64,000 bases of DNA from Sphyrna mokarran (taxonomy: Eukaryota): the NCBI GenBank assembly GCA_024679065.1, contig JAGIQG010000028.1, positions 14,136,001-14,200,000 on the forward strand. The letters run 5' to 3'. A model generated the notes under the pieces. The model was not told the origin of the DNA, searched no databases, and worked only from the letters and a program-made list of their open reading frames with translations. A program made the position numbers and the translations under genes. Shown piece by piece: positions 1 to 14,100 of the stretch; the stretch's first letter is position 1, and the number at the start of each line of letters is the position of its first letter.

Positions 1-379
1 ACCCTATCTAAACCTCTAAATCATGATGGAGGCAAGGAGTACCCAGAACACCAACAATTGGAGAATTGCTGGAGTCTAGGAGACCATGCTGAGCCCAAGG
101 AAGATAATGAACCTCTGGAGTCATCCATAAGATGGAAAATGCTGGATAGTATAAGGAAATCTGGTGAGATCTCTAAAGGTTTGTGTGTCATGGTATCTGT
201 CATAGAGGAGTTCCTGCGGAGTATAAACATTGCACTGACCCTTAGTTTTGAGCACACAACCTCTGTATTGACAGAGGGGTGACCCTCATGGAGAGGAAGC
301 TCTAGGGACAGAATGAGGGGTCACATTATCCTTACCCACATTACCTCCTGTCCAGAGGTTCACCCTGGAGAGAACAAGA

Positions 380-1835
380 TTATAAAGACTACAGCATACA
401 ACTCCAATGAGTGACATTCACTCAGGCAGATACTGCAAGTCATCCCCAGATCGGTCCAGGCCCTAGAACCTCAGCTTCAACAGCCCCATTGTCCTTTTCA
501 CCATCTCTCATGTGGATACGTGGCAGGGGTTGTATCTCTCCTCTGTCTCCAAAATTTGACAGGTATCATTAGCCATTTCTTCAGCAAATACCCTTTACCA
601 CCGATCAGCCCAGTCACAAAGATTCTTGGCAATTATGAGTAGCATAGCATGTAGCATTGTGAGAGCTGCCCGGTACCTTGTCTAGACCTGCAGTATTTGG
701 GTCCTGCAGACACAGTCTTTCTGAATGTTCATTGACTAAATCCCTTCCTATTCACAAATGCACTGACTGGCTGACTCATACCTCGATGACCAGATGGGTA
801 TAACCTATGGCTCCCTGGGATGAGAGGAAACCTGCAAGCCTGGTTGACTTGGTCCATTCTGAAATGAATGAATGTTCTAATATGCTTGAATTGAGCATTT
901 GTCAATAGCTTGACAGAGTTGTGTGCAGCTGACTGCAAAACTCCGAAAAGAACACCCTTGCACTCTGCAGCAATCTGGAGTCAAAAAAGCTTAGTGCTAC
1001 TGTGGCCTTTAGAGTCATGGACAAAGGGTGTCCACCCATACAATTGGAGGCTATCTCCAAGTCAGTCTTTTGACATATGCTTATTGCAAGCTTTGCTTGA
1101 AAACTGTAGCCTTTTGCGCAGCACTGGACCTCTATCATATCTAAGTAGTTTGCTGCCTGTACATCCCAGCAGTTGAGTAGGGGCACCTCCTGTGAGTATG
1201 TGCTGCTTGTCCATCTTGCTGTCTTTTGTGATCCTGTGCCTGCACTTCTGCCAGAGGTGAAAGAAATTGAGCACTAGGCCTCCTCCCACTTTGTCTCCTG
1301 TTCTTCTCAGAAGAGGTGTTCTCTTCTGAGTAAACAATACCTGCTTGCAGGTTTACAGATGGGGCAGACCCATGCATAAATGGTGCCAAAAGGAACCAAA
1401 CCTCCAGTGCCGGGGACAACAATGTCCAGGGAGCTCCACACTGTGCTGAGCCTAACACAGAAGTCACTTTCTTAACATCAGAAAACACCAATTCAGCTCA
1501 ATCTCTGAAACTTTCAACTCCTTTCATCCAACATTCCTCTTTCAACCTGCCCTTGAATCCAAGGAATTAAAAAAAGTTAATCTGCCTGCCCATGTTCCTC
1601 ATGCACTGAGTTTGAAATTGCACACGGCATTTAAACCCTTGTTCAATTGGGGATTTAATCCCCTCAATAAACTGGATAACTATTGGTGGACACTTCACTG
1701 ATGTGTCCCTGCACCCATCTACCAAAACAACATGCGAGTGTGCAATGACATCAGGATATGCACCTAGTGTCAGCATGCATTATCTAATGCACTTCTGGGT
1801 GCACACTCACCTAGTAGGCATAAAATTCTATCCTT
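380..1835 (-). mobile_element. Decayed PIF/Harbinger DNA transposon (HARBI1-like DDE transposase remnant) ending in a TIR-like sequence
   Basis: Minus-strand peptides GGHPLSMTLKATVALSFF (ORF 902-1186), QSAAH...FIHF...FVNRKGFS (ORF 729-938) and GLIGGKGYLLKKWL (~570-612) match Harbinger transposase motifs; terminus taaaattctatcc at ~1821-1833 resembles the GGGCnGAATTTT-type TIR seen elsewhere in the window. Confidence 0.75.
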
Positions 1836-2029
1836 GCATGGGAGGTTGTCGAGGTCTATGTAGGTACCAACAACATGAATAGAACTAGAAAGAGATATTG
1901 CATAAAGAGTATGAGGAGCTATGCACTAAATTAAAATGTAGAAGGTAAAAGGTAATACACTCCAGATTATTACCTAAGCCGTGTGTAAATTGGCATAGAG
2001 TACATAAAATTAGAGGGAGGAAAATGTGG

Positions 2030-4590
2030 GAGAAGAGGATTTCAATCTGTGGGGTATAAGCACCAGTACTAGGAAAAGAGGGGACTGTCGCTTTAGAATG
2101 GTCTACTCCTGAACCATGCTGAAAGTAGTGTTCCATGAAGCTACATAACTGGGGAAGTAGACAGGGTTTTAAACTAAAGAGTGGGACAAAGAATCCAATT
2201 AATGTGGGAAATGATAAACAAATGCTGACAGGAAGGGTAAGAGGTTATAGGAAGTACAAATCTATGAGTAAATCAATAGAAAGCCTTTAAGGTTACAAAA
2301 ATAAAAGGACAAAACTAAAGGCTATGTATCTGAATGCACGTAGCATTTAAAACCAAATAGATGAATCGAGAGTGGAAATAGAAATAAAATAAATATGATC
2401 TGATAAATATGACAAAGATAATGAACATTGATTATGAATTGATGAACAGAGGGATCTTGGTGTGTATGTGCATAGATCCCTGAAAGTAGGCAGTCAAGTC
2501 GAGAAGGTTGTTAGGAAGGCATATGAAGTCTTGGCTTTTATTGGTAGGGGGATTGAATTTCGGAGCCGCAACGTCATGTTGTAACTGTACAAAACTCTAG
2601 TGCGGCCGCACTTGGAGTATTGTGTGCAGTTCTGGTCCCCACATTATAAGAAAGATGTGGAGGCATTGGAGAGGGTACAGAGGAGGTTTAACAGGATGTT
2701 GCCTGGTATGGAGGGCAGGTCTTATGAAGAGAGGCTGAGGGATTTGAGGTTGTTTGCGTTAGAAAGGAGGCGGCTAAGAGGGGACCTAATCGAAACATAT
2801 AAGATGATTAGAGGTTTAGATAGGGTGGACAGTGATAGCCTTTTTCCTAGGATGGAGAAAGCTAGCACGAGGGGACACAGCTTTAATTAAGGGGTGATAG
2901 TTATAGGACGGATATCAGAGGTAGGTTCTTTACCCAAAGGGTGGTTCGGGAGTGGAATGCCCTGCCTGTAGCGGTTGTAGATGCGCCAAGTTTGGTGGCG
3001 TTTAAGAGGTTAGTTGATAAGTATATGGAAGAGAAGGGAATGGTTTAGTTTGGAGGGGCATTGCTTTTTATATTGGTCGGCACAACATCGAAGGTCGAAG
3101 GGCCTGTTCTGTGCTGTAATGTTCTATGTTCTATGTTCTATAAGGCTGCAGAATGACATAAGTTGGAGCCTGAAAATATGATATTTAGAAAGGACAGCAA
3201 GCAAGGAGAAGATGAAGAGGTGTTTGTGTTAATTAATGATAGTATTAATACATCAGAGAGCAATGACCTAAGTTCAGGAAACCAGAATATAGAAATGGTT
3301 TGGAGATGAGAAATTGATAAAGGCATTCTTAGTCATTTGTGGGAGTGGTGCATAGGCCCCCTAATAGTAACTAACATAGAGTCAGACAACGTATAAAAAA
3401 AGAAATGGGAGCTTGTCACAAAGATAATCATGGGGATTTTATTCTGCATATAGATTGGGAAATGCAGATGGGTAAATGGAGCCTGGATGAGGAATTCACA
3501 GTATGTTTTCTGAATGGTTTCTTAGAACAGCATGTTCTGGCACCAACCAGACAACAGGATATATTAGGCCTGGAATTGTGCAACAAGATAGAATTAATTA
3601 ATGACCTCTTGGTGAAGAAGCAATCATAATATGATTGAATTTTACATTCAGTTTGACAGAGAGAAGAGTGGATCCAAAATGATTATTTTAAGCTTAAATA
3701 AGGGTAATTATGTGGGCATGAAACCACAACTAACTAAGGTAAACTAGCAAATTAGGTTACGGGATAGATCAGTAGAGATGTAGTGGTGAACATTTAAGGG
3801 GATATTTCAGAATATACAGAATAGATACATTCCAATGAGAAAGGAAAATCCAAGTGGAAGACCCACCATCTGTGATTAACTAAAAAAATTAAAGATAGTA
3901 TCAGACTTAAGGAAAAAGTTACGTAAAGATGCATAACAGGTCAGAAGATTGGACAAAATATAAAGAACAGCAAAGAATGAAAAAAATGAAAAGAAAGGAA
4001 AAATTAGAGTGCAAGAAAAAGACAGTCAGTAAGAGTAGCTATAGATATTTATGCTTCATTTACACAGGGCTTTGGTGAGCCACAACTGGTATACTGTGTA
4101 TAGTATTGGCTTTCTTATTCGAGGAAGGATAATAAATGCATTGGAAGTGATCTCGAGAAGGTTTGCTAAACTATTACCTGGAATAGACAGGTTGTCTTAT
4201 AAGGAAAGGTTGGACTGGCTACGCTCGTATCTGCTGGAGTTTAGAAGAGTAAGAAATAATTTGATTGAAACATATAAAGCACTGAGGGTTCTTCACAGGG
4301 TCAATGTGGATAGGATGTTTCCTTTTGCAGGAGAATCTACTACCAAAGGCCGCTGTTCAAAAATGGGTCACTCATTCAGGATAGAGATGAGGAGAAATTT
4401 TTAACACAGAGGGTTGTGACTCTCTTCCTCAAAAGGCAACCCCAGCAGCATCTTTGAATATTTGTTGAGTCAGAGGTAGACAGATTCTTCATAAAACAAT
4501 GGAGTGAAATGTTATCAGAGACAGGCAGGAATGTGGAGTTACGGCTACAGTCAGATCAGCCATGATTTTACTGAATGATGGAGCAGGAAA
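2030..4590 (+). mobile_element. Old CR1 LINE (endonuclease start, RT C-terminus), interrupted by a younger CR1
   Basis: YLNARSI-like endonuclease start at ~2325; ORFs 3405-3629 and 4051-4404 are decayed CR1 ORF2 pieces. Confidence 0.8.
2425..3140 (+). mobile_element. Younger 5'-truncated CR1 LINE 3' end with (TTCTATG)n tail
   Basis: ORF 2600-2890 RPHLEYCVQFWSPHYKKD...LERRRLRGDLIETYK is the canonical CR1 ORF2 C-terminus; tail repeats at 3120-3140. Confidence 0.92.
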
Positions 4591-5135
4591 AGATCCTCCA
4601 CTGCTTGGAGTCATACCAAGCATAAAGGAAGATGGTTGTGGTAATTGGAGCTCCAGAACATCACTGCAGGAGTTCCTCAGATTAGTATCCCTAGATCCAA
4701 CTTTCTCTTGCTAGTATAAGTACAGCTCTGACAACATTGAAACCTCAACCATTTAGAACAAAGCAGCCTGCTTGATTGTTACCACTTCCACAAACATTTA
4801 ATCCATCCACCACCAATGAACAGTGGCAACAGTGTACCATCTACAAGCACCATCTCTCACCAAGGGTCCATAGGCAGCAATTTCCAAAACCAGAACCACT
4901 TCCACCTAGAAGGACAAGAGGAACAAATATCTGGGAACACCACCAGCTGGAAATTCCCCTCCTGATACGCCATCCTGATTTGGAAATATATCATCATTCC
5001 TGAAATTCCCTCCCTAACAGAATTACTTATATCTCAGGATCTGCAGCAGTTGAAGAAGGAAATTCCCCACTATCTTCCAAAGGGCAATTAGAGATAGGCA
5101 ATAAATGCTGGCCAGTGATGCCCACATCCTGTGGA
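4590..5135 (+). mobile_element. 3' fragment of a second non-LTR retrotransposon family
   Basis: Same family as 23290-24130 and 15015-15325; characteristic end aataaatgctggccagtgatgcccacatcc. Confidence 0.7.
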
Positions 5136-5170
5136 AAAAAAAGTTAAATCTCCTGCTTCTGGTATGTTCA

Positions 5171-6335
5171 TACATAAGAACATAAGAAATAGGAGCAGGA
5201 GTGGGCCATACAGCCCCTCGAGTCTGCCCTGCCATTCAATAAGATCATGGCTAATCCGTAGTGGTTCAGTACCGCTTTCCTGCTTTCTCCCTGTAATCCT
5301 TAATTCCCTTGTCAATCAAAAACTTATCCATTCTTGACTTGAACATATTCAATAAGGAAGCTTCCACCACCTCATCAGGCAGAGAATTCCAAAGATTCAC
5401 CACCCTTTGCGTGGAGAAACCCCTCCACAACTCCGATCTGAACCGCTCCCCCCAATCTTGAGGCTGTACCCTCTAGTCCTGCTATCTGCTAAGCGGGAAG
5501 AGTCTCTCAACCTCTACCCTATCCATCCCCTTTATCATCTTATACGTCTCTATAAGATCCCCTCTCAGCCTTCTAAACTCCAAAGAGTACAAACCTAGCC
5601 TATTCAGTCTCTCCTCATAATCCAACGCCCTCATCTCCAGTATCAGCCTAGTAAACCTTCTCTGCATCCCCTCCAAGGCTAATATATCCTTCCTCGAATG
5701 CAGCGACCAAAACTGCACACAATACTCCAGCTATGGCCTCACCACACCCTATACAGCTGCAACAGAACCTCCCTACTTTTATATTCTATCCCCTTAGCTA
5801 TAAAGACCAACGGTGCATCCGCCTTCTTAATCACCTACTGCACCTGCATACTGTGTTTTTGTGATTCGTACACAAGGACCCCCAGGTCCCTCTGCACCGT
5901 CGCATGCTGCAGCTTTTCTCCATTTAAATAGTAATCCTTCCTACCATTACTCTTACCAAAGTGGATAACCTCACACTTGCTATTTGCCAGGTCCTTGCCC
6001 ACTCACTCAACCTATCGGGATCTCTCTGCAGGCTTTCCACATCTTCCACGCAATTTGCTTTTCAACTCATCTTCGTGTCATCAGCAAATTTCGTCACCCT
6101 GCACTCTGCCCCTTCCTCCAGATCATCTATGTAAATGGTAAATAGTTGAGGCCCCAGCACCAAACCTTGGGGCACTCCACTAGTCGTTAACTGCCAATCA
6201 GAATAGCACCCATTAATACCTACCCTCTGCTTCCTATTAGACAACCAATCCTCTATCCAGTCTAACACCCTACCCTCGATTCCCTGCACCTTAACCTTTT
6301 TCAGCAATCTTTTGTGAGGCACCTTATCAAACGCT
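5171..6335 (-). mobile_element. CR1 LINE 3' part (RT domain to tail)
   Basis: ORF 6062-6322 (SGVPQGLVLGPQLFTIYIDDL...KFADDTK) and ORF 5482-5718; cataagaa tail at 5171-5190. Confidence 0.92.
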
Positions 6336-6589
6336 CATCATACATACCCATGGTTCACTGGTCACCTGTTTAGTAGATGCAATGCTTATGGCATTTTTGG
6401 TAATATCATCCCACGGTATCTTAAAAGGAATTGCTTAGTCATACAAGGTGCTAATGAACAATGTATCAGAATCAAACAAGTGATTTTAGTTCCAGAAAAT
6501 CCCCTTACAGCTCCATAGTTCCAACTGTTGGGAACATCTTACCTTCCATTTGACTATATCTTTTGTGACTTTATAAAGACCTAAGCTGC

Positions 6590-6920
6590 TTCACAGCCAT
6601 TGAAGTGTTCTTGAACTGAGGTTATGTAGTCACGCAGAAAAACACAGCAACTAATTTGTCTCAAACACAGCAATGAGATAAATGATCAATTGCCATAGTT
6701 AAGTGAAGTATTGGAAGAACATCCTTACTTTTCTTTGATTAATAGCACTGGATCTTTTATGTACACCTGAGAAAGAAGACAGTATCTTGGTTTAATATTT
6801 CTACTCCTTTAGTACTGTAGTGTCTGCTTTGATTATGTGCTCTGATTATAAAATTTCTGAATTGGGGCTTAAACATGAAACCCTCTGATTCAGGTGAGAG
6901 TCCTATCCACTGAACCAAAG
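6590..6920 (-). mobile_element. Deu-domain/tRNA-type SINE remnant
   Basis: cttcacagcc..tgaagtg..cagcaatgagataaatgatc body and a tRNA-like head (aaccctctgattcaggtgagagt...ccactgaacc); related copies near 21520-21880 and 27240-27415. Confidence 0.55.
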
Positions 6921-8899
6921 GAGATTAGAATGCATACACATGGAACTAGGAGGTAACTGCAAAGTTATCAAATTCATGAGTACTACACATAGAAGTGAAT
7001 TATGTTAGCCACAATTTGTGTAGTTTCTATCTGGTAAATTACTGATCACTAGCATTTGTAATTTTTGCTTGCTTTTTTCCTGCAAAAGATAATGGTTCTT
7101 GTTGAGTGTTAGTTCCATGGCAACAACAGTTCTCTGGTACATAGCAGAAGTTGTCAATCTTGTGAGACTGGATATAAAAACATATGTTTTTATGAGGCTG
7201 CACATTTGACAGAGATTTGCTTGACAAGAGAATAGATCAGAACTGGAAGTGGAAGTCAGAAAGCCTTATTTGTAAAACTCACAATTTAATGATCATTAAA
7301 ACTAGTCTCTCTAAATTAGGAATAATGTGAATGAGGTGTCTTCATATCAGTGCCTAATTCTCTGATCAGTGCTTCTGCAAAGGATGGCTCCACATTGGGA
7401 ATGCAGCCTTGCAAATCTGCTCTTAAGTATCATAGCTGAGTACAATCCCACTCTACCTTGATGATCATAAATACTTCTCAGTGGGAGTTAATGGATAGTA
7501 ATTGGGAATTTTTCCCATTTAAACTCAGGAATTCTGAAGCCAACTGCATCTCTCCCATCGCTGTTTGTCTGAGATAATCTGAATCAACATTGATCCTGGT
7601 ATTTTCATGTTCTAAATGGCACAGTAACGTATCAAATGATGCACTTAATCAAAAGTTTCAAAATTATTTTTCATGGTTTCCAATTTTTTTTGCTTTATGA
7701 ACAGATTTGCTGTTCTGAATGCAGTGAGTGACCAGAAGGGCTTTGTGTAATAATGTGATGGGAAGACACTCAAAATTAGCGTAACGCTGTATTTACAAAT
7801 CTAAATATTTAAACAGTAAGTGAAGCATTGGGCACAGGTCCCTGTGAGGCAGCAGTGCTAATCATAAAGGAGGACTTGTGAGGGAAAATAGCTGAATAAA
7901 CAATTAGAAAATGTCTAGAGGTAAACATACTATGAAACATACAGCACTACAGCAGATGGGCCTGGCCAATGAGGCCCCATATGGCAGATGGCTATGACAG
8001 CACCAATCAGAGTTCTGAATTTGCTGATAGGCTCATTTGAGCCTATCAGCTGTCAATGCAAAACAACATTAGGCTCTGATTGGTGGAGCCCGTCTCAAGT
8101 GGGAAAACACTGTTCTAGATTTTGAGATGGTGGTTTCTTAAGAGCAGTTTGAAGGGATCTCCAGATTGTCTTGTCTTAAGTTTCTGAACTTTCCATTAGT
8201 AAAGCAGTAGCCAAGTTTCGACATTCAGGCCTGGCAGCCTGAGATAACGTGGAGTCCCCAATCTTACATCTGGGTGTGAGCCTGTGAGGCTTTCAGCAAG
8301 GACCGAGGAGGGGACACTGAGTAGGATTTTGCAGCCTCACTCGTCCCAAAACTTAAAAATCTTACCCAAGGTCAACAAGCCTTTCCATGTTCTGCCCCTC
8401 GCCTGCTCTGATTCTCGTGGCAGCCAGGGCTATCCAGGGGAGCAATAGGGTGACCCTCAGCCTCCTGGACAGAGCTGAGAAGAGCAGGCAAGCAACCAAT
8501 CAACCAAAGAAAGAACGGTGGGCAGGCCAGATAAAGCCAGCAGCGGCAAGGCAATGAGCCAGGAGCACAAGCAGCTATCAAGGCTCAAGAGTGAGCCACT
8601 TGAGCAAGAGGTGAACAGTCCAGAGTTTTGAGGGCATGGCAAACACCGGCATGGTTTTCTGGGAGCAACAGGATGACTCAACCAGAGACCACGACTGAGA
8701 GTGAGGAAGACTGGGCAACCAAACAAGCGAGGGCAAATGTAATGGCCAAACCAGATATAGCCAGCAGCAGCCAGTCAGCCAGCAGAATACTTGCAAGCTT
8801 AGGTCATCAAGAAAAACAGCTGCAGGGGCATCTTGAAATCCCCCTCCTCCAACCAGATCTGAAGAGGATAAAGTAGCCTGTACTTTCTGAAAATTCCTA

Positions 8900-11170
8900 C
8901 TTGTTGAAAATAAAATAGATCAGTCAATATGAAGTGACAGTATGAAATTGACAGTAAAAAATGCAGAAAGTTAATGGAGAGTCAAGAGGACAAAGTAGAC
9001 AAAGAAAGACTTTGGCACTTTAAAGGTTCAAAGTATTGAGCAGTGCCCAAACTGGACATTCATCCTCAACAACATCAATTGAAAGTTTTGGTGATTTGTC
9101 TAATGACTTCCCATTGTCCGAGACAACACATCACCTGAAAAACATGAACAAGAAATGGACTCTGAAATGGGAAAGGAACTACAAGGTATTACTCAAGCTC
9201 ATTCTTCTGCAGCTGAAGTGAGGGGAGAAGACCCATCCTGAAGCCTTAAGGCTAAAATCTCTTCCACAGGGTGTGACTGAATATTTCATAAAAGGCCAGT
9301 GAACTTAAGTACTATGAAAAATTTGAGAAAATAGTTTGATGTTGGAGGCCAAAAGCAGTTTAGAAGTCTTTATGAGTCCCGGTTTCTGAGGGTGAAGAAA
9401 AATGGAATGATCGAAATTAGAAATTGGTTGATTTTTTTCAGAAATCTCTAAGGCTGTCTAGTGTTATGATAATAAATAATTTCTTGACTCTAGTAAAGGG
9501 AAGCAATCATTTGTTGATGGGTGCCCTAAATGGAGAAATGTTGAAAGAGATCCTATTGATCACAAAACTTCCAAAAGTCATATTAAGACTATGCATGGAA
9601 TTTTCCCTATGGGAATCGTTGTGGTGAGGGGCAGACAATGTAAAGGTCTGTGGACCTCAGGAGGAATTTTCCCCTTTTGGGGCAAGCGCATCTAGAAAAT
9701 CTGGTCCTATGTGTGTTCATTCAAAGATAGAAATCAATTGCAAGAATTGATTCTGCATTATTGGCTCAGATTGAAAACGAGTGTTCTGACTAAAGGAAAG
9801 CATTAAGAGATGTTGTTATCACAGTCAAACTTCTGTCTTCCTTGGGACTTTTTTTAAGATGACATGATGAATCATCAGTGTCAAGCTGAAGAAGTAATTT
9901 TTTTGTTTGCTTTGAATATCTCAGTGAACTTCACAAGCTTCTCAAAGAGCATTTGAAAACTTAAAAATATTGTGCTGGAGGAAAGACCAACATTTTAACC
10001 ACAAAACCTACAATGGCTTAATCATTGTAACGGCAGAGTTATTCAGAAACCAAATACTACTAAAATTAAATATGCCAAATACTATTCCATAATAGTTGAT
10101 TTAACACCAAATATGAGTCACGTGGACCCATTAACAAATAAGATATGTGATCCAGCGATGGTGAAGTTCTAGAGTGATTTCTCTGTTCTGCTACAATCTC
10201 ACAATTCTGAGTGCTTGGAGACAATTATTCTAGATATCATTGCAAATTTAAGTTTAAACATCAAAAATGTCAAGGGCAGAACTTTGATAATGCCGCATAT
10301 AAGGCAGGAAAATATTCAGTATCAATTCAAGCTCCTGTGCATTATTCATCTTATTTTCCAATCACACCTTGAATTTAATCTGCAATGCAGCTGCTGATTT
10401 GTGTGAGGATGCTATACATTTTTTTGACTTAGTTCAAAACTTGTATGCTTTTTTTCCAGTTTCCACGCAAGTATGGAATATGCTGCAATCATGTATGTAG
10501 CAGCATATGGAAAACATCTGCCAATCAAAAGAATTTGTGACATCAGGTGGTCCACTCATGCAAATGCTGTTTTAGCTTCAAAACCGAACTTTGTTCATAT
10601 CAGACAAAGCCACATTAAATTTAGAGAAACCACGTGTGAAAGTTGAAACAAGATCCCTCACAGAGAAGTTTGGAAGGTACAATATTGTACTTTTGACTAT
10701 TTTGTGGAATCATTTACTTCAAAGAATCAATGCCTTCAGCAAATCATTGCAACATGTTTATACAACTTTATTGAATGACTCAATTATTGGTCTCAGAAGT
10801 TTCATCGTGCAAGTTCTAAGACTATGGCCGATATTTTACAATCTTGTTTGGCTGTGGCTTATAAAATCCCGCCTGAGGCCAATGGAGAATTCCATTCTGC
10901 AAGCTTAGGTGGACGTGCCGGTAAAATTCCAAACTTTATCTCTGTGGAAGCAAGAACACAAACATTAAAAAGAATACACATTCCTCTGGTAATGAGGAAT
11001 GTACAAGATACAGGAAGTTATTTTTTGATAAAACTAGAGAAAATTAAATCACTTTAAAAGGGAAAGAGAAGATCATCATTGAAACTGTTATGTTATTTGT
11101 GACACAATAATGACTGCAATTGCAGAGTAATAGTGAATCTCTGAAGAAAATTATTGAATTATTTTCCACA
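8900..11170 (+). mobile_element. Decayed hAT-superfamily transposase (ZMYM1/Tip100-like)
   Basis: Translatable motifs KYAKYYSIIVDLTPNMSHVDPLT (~10068-10136), CQGQNFDNAA (~10267), CDIRWSTHANAV (~10536), LWNHLLQRINAFSKSLQ (ORF 10591-10908); many stops/frameshifts; small Harbinger-type MITEs inserted at ~9590-9710 and ~10825-10930. Confidence 0.8.
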
Positions 11171-14100
11171 GAAACTAGAAGTAGAAGTAGGCCATTCGGC
11201 CCTTCAAGCCTACTTTGCGATTCATCTTGATCATGGCTGATCACTGAATTCAATATCTTGATCCCTTTTCCTCCCATATCCTTTGATCTCTTTAGCCCTA
11301 GGGGCTATATCTAATTCCTTCTTGAAATCAGACAACATTTTGGCCTCAACTACATTCGGTTGTAGTGAATTCCAAACATTTACCACCTTCTAGGTTTAGA
11401 AATTTCTCCTCACCTCAGTTCTAAAAGGTTTATCCTCAAACCATAACCTCTAGTTCTGGACTCCCCACCATTAGGGACATACTTTCTGACTCTACCCTGT
11501 CTAACCCTGTTAGAATTTTATAAATTTCTATGAGAACTCTTCTCACTCTTCTAAACTTCAGTGAATACACTCCTAACTGATTTAGTCTCTTCTCATATGA
11601 TAGACCTGCCATCCCAGGAATCAGCCTGGTAAACCTTTGCTATACTCCTATAGCAAGGACATCCTTCCTCAGATAAGGACACCAAAATTGCACACAATAC
11701 TCCAGGTGTGGCCTCACCAATGCCCTGTATAATTTCAGCAACACATCCCTATCCCTGTACTCAAATCTTCTCATTATGAAGGCCAACATACCATTTGCCT
11801 TCTTTACTGCCTGCTGTACCTGCACACTTACTTCCAGCAACTGATGCGCGAGGACTCCAAAGTCTCATTGAGTGTCCACTTCTCTCAATATACACCCATT
11901 CAAGTAATAATCTGTCTTCCTATTATTGCTACCAAAGTGGATAGCCTCATATTTATCCACATTATACTGCATCTGCCATGCAGATGTCCTCACACTCAGC
12001 CTGTCCAAATCACACTGAAGCATCTCTGTGTCCTCATCACAGTTTATTCTCTCATTCAACTTTGCATCATTTGCAAATTTGGAGAATACATTCAGTTCCC
12101 TCTTCCAAATCATTAATAGATAATATGAATAGTTGGGGGTCTTAGCACAGATCCCTACAGAACTGATGCCAATCCCTACAGATCTGACTCACCCACTTAT
12201 GCTGACTCTCTGCTTCCAATCAGCTGATCAGCTTTCTACCCATCTCAAGACATTACCTGCAATACCTTGTGCTTTAACTTTACACAGTAACTTGTTATGT
12301 GAGATCTTGTCAAAAGCCTTCTGAAAGTCTAAATAAACCACATCCACTCGTTCTTCTTGGTCAACTCTATCAGTTAAATCCTCAAAAAATTCCAATAGAT
12401 TTGTCAAGCATGATTTTCCTTTTGTAAATCCATGCTGTTTTGTCTGATTATACCATTGCCTTCCAAATGCCGAGTTAGGAAATCCTTGATATAGACTCTC
12501 GCAATTTCCTCAGTACTGACATCAGGCTCACTGATCTATAGTTTTCTCCTGGTTTGCCCACCTAATCCCACTTGCCAGCACTTGGCCCATGGCTTTGAAT
12601 GTTATGGTGTGCCAATTTACTCATCCAGGTACTATTTAAAGGATGTGAAGCATCACGCCTCCACCATCCTCCCAGACAGTGCATTCCACATCGTCACCAC
12701 TCTCTAGGTTAAAAAGTTTTTCCCCAATCCTCCCTAAACCTCCCACCTCTTACTTTTAACTTGTATTTCCTCATAACTGATCATTTGATGAAGAGGAATG
12801 GCTGCTCCTTATTCATGTCCCTCATAATCTTTAACACCTCAATCAGGTCACCCCTTAGTCTTCCCTGCTCCAGAGAAAACAAACCAAGCCTATCCAATCT
12901 CTCTTTACAACTTAAATATTCCTTCCCAAGCAACATTCTGGTGAATCTCCTCTGCACCCCTTTATAAAAAAGGTGTGATCACAGTGGATGTGATGACCAG
13001 AACTGCACACAGAAATGCTGTGGCCTTCCAAAGTTCTACACAACTCCACCGTGACTTTTCTCCTTTTGTAAGCTATACCCCAATTGATAAATTCGAGTAT
13101 GACATATGCCTTTTTCACCACCCTATGAACCTGCCTTTCTGACTTTCGCAATCTATGGACAAACGTGCCAAGGACGTTTTGTTCCACAGAACTACCAGTA
13201 TCAGACCTTCCATTGTATACTTCCTTGTCAAATTATTCCATCTAAAGTGTACTACCTCACATTCTGCAGGGTTAAATTCCATTCCTTAACTGCCCATTTG
13301 ACCATCTTGTCTAAATCTTCCTGTAACCCAAGACACTCAACCTCACTATTAACCACTCAGCCAATCTTTGTATCATCGGCAAACTTACTGATCCTACCTC
13401 ACACATAGTCATCTATGTCATTTATGTAAATGATGAATAATAGGGGGCCCAACATGACTCCCTGCTCCAGTCACTGAAGCAGCCATCTGTCATCACCCTC
13501 TGTCTCCTACTACTAAATCACTTATGAATCCACCTTATCAGATCACCTAGATCCCATCTGCATGCTTTCTTAATAAGTCTCCCATGTGCGACTTTGTCAA
13601 AGATTCTGCTGAAATCCATATAAATTACATCAACCGCACTACACATTTGGTTACATACTCAAATAATTCAATCAAATTTGTTTGGCATGACCTTCCTTTG
13701 ACAAAACCATGCTGACTATTTCTAATCAAACATTGCCTCTTCAAATGGAGTTAGATTCTCTCCTTCAAAAAGTTCTCCAGTAGTTTCCAAAGCACTGACG
13801 TGGGACTCACTGGTCTAACTTGTCTCTACAAACTTTCTTAAATAGTGGCACCACATTACCTGTTCTCCAGTCCTCTAGCAACTCCTCGGTGGCCAGAGAG
13901 GAACTAAAAAATTGGGTCAGAGCATCTGCAATTTCCTCCCTCGCCTTCCACAGCAATTTCCTTTCCTCACCTGGGACACAATTCATCCAGAAATGAAGAT
14001 TTTGTCCATTCTTAAGCCTGCCAATACCTCCATTACCTTGTCACTCCCTATGATAATTTGCTCTAGAATCTCACTGTCTCTCTCTTTCTCTCTCTCTCCA

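Noticed and set aside
8372-8876. Cluster of overlapping ORFs in GC-rich, low-complexity sequence
   Set aside because: No recognisable domain; short agcc/cagc repeats explain the lack of stops; probably a TE interior.
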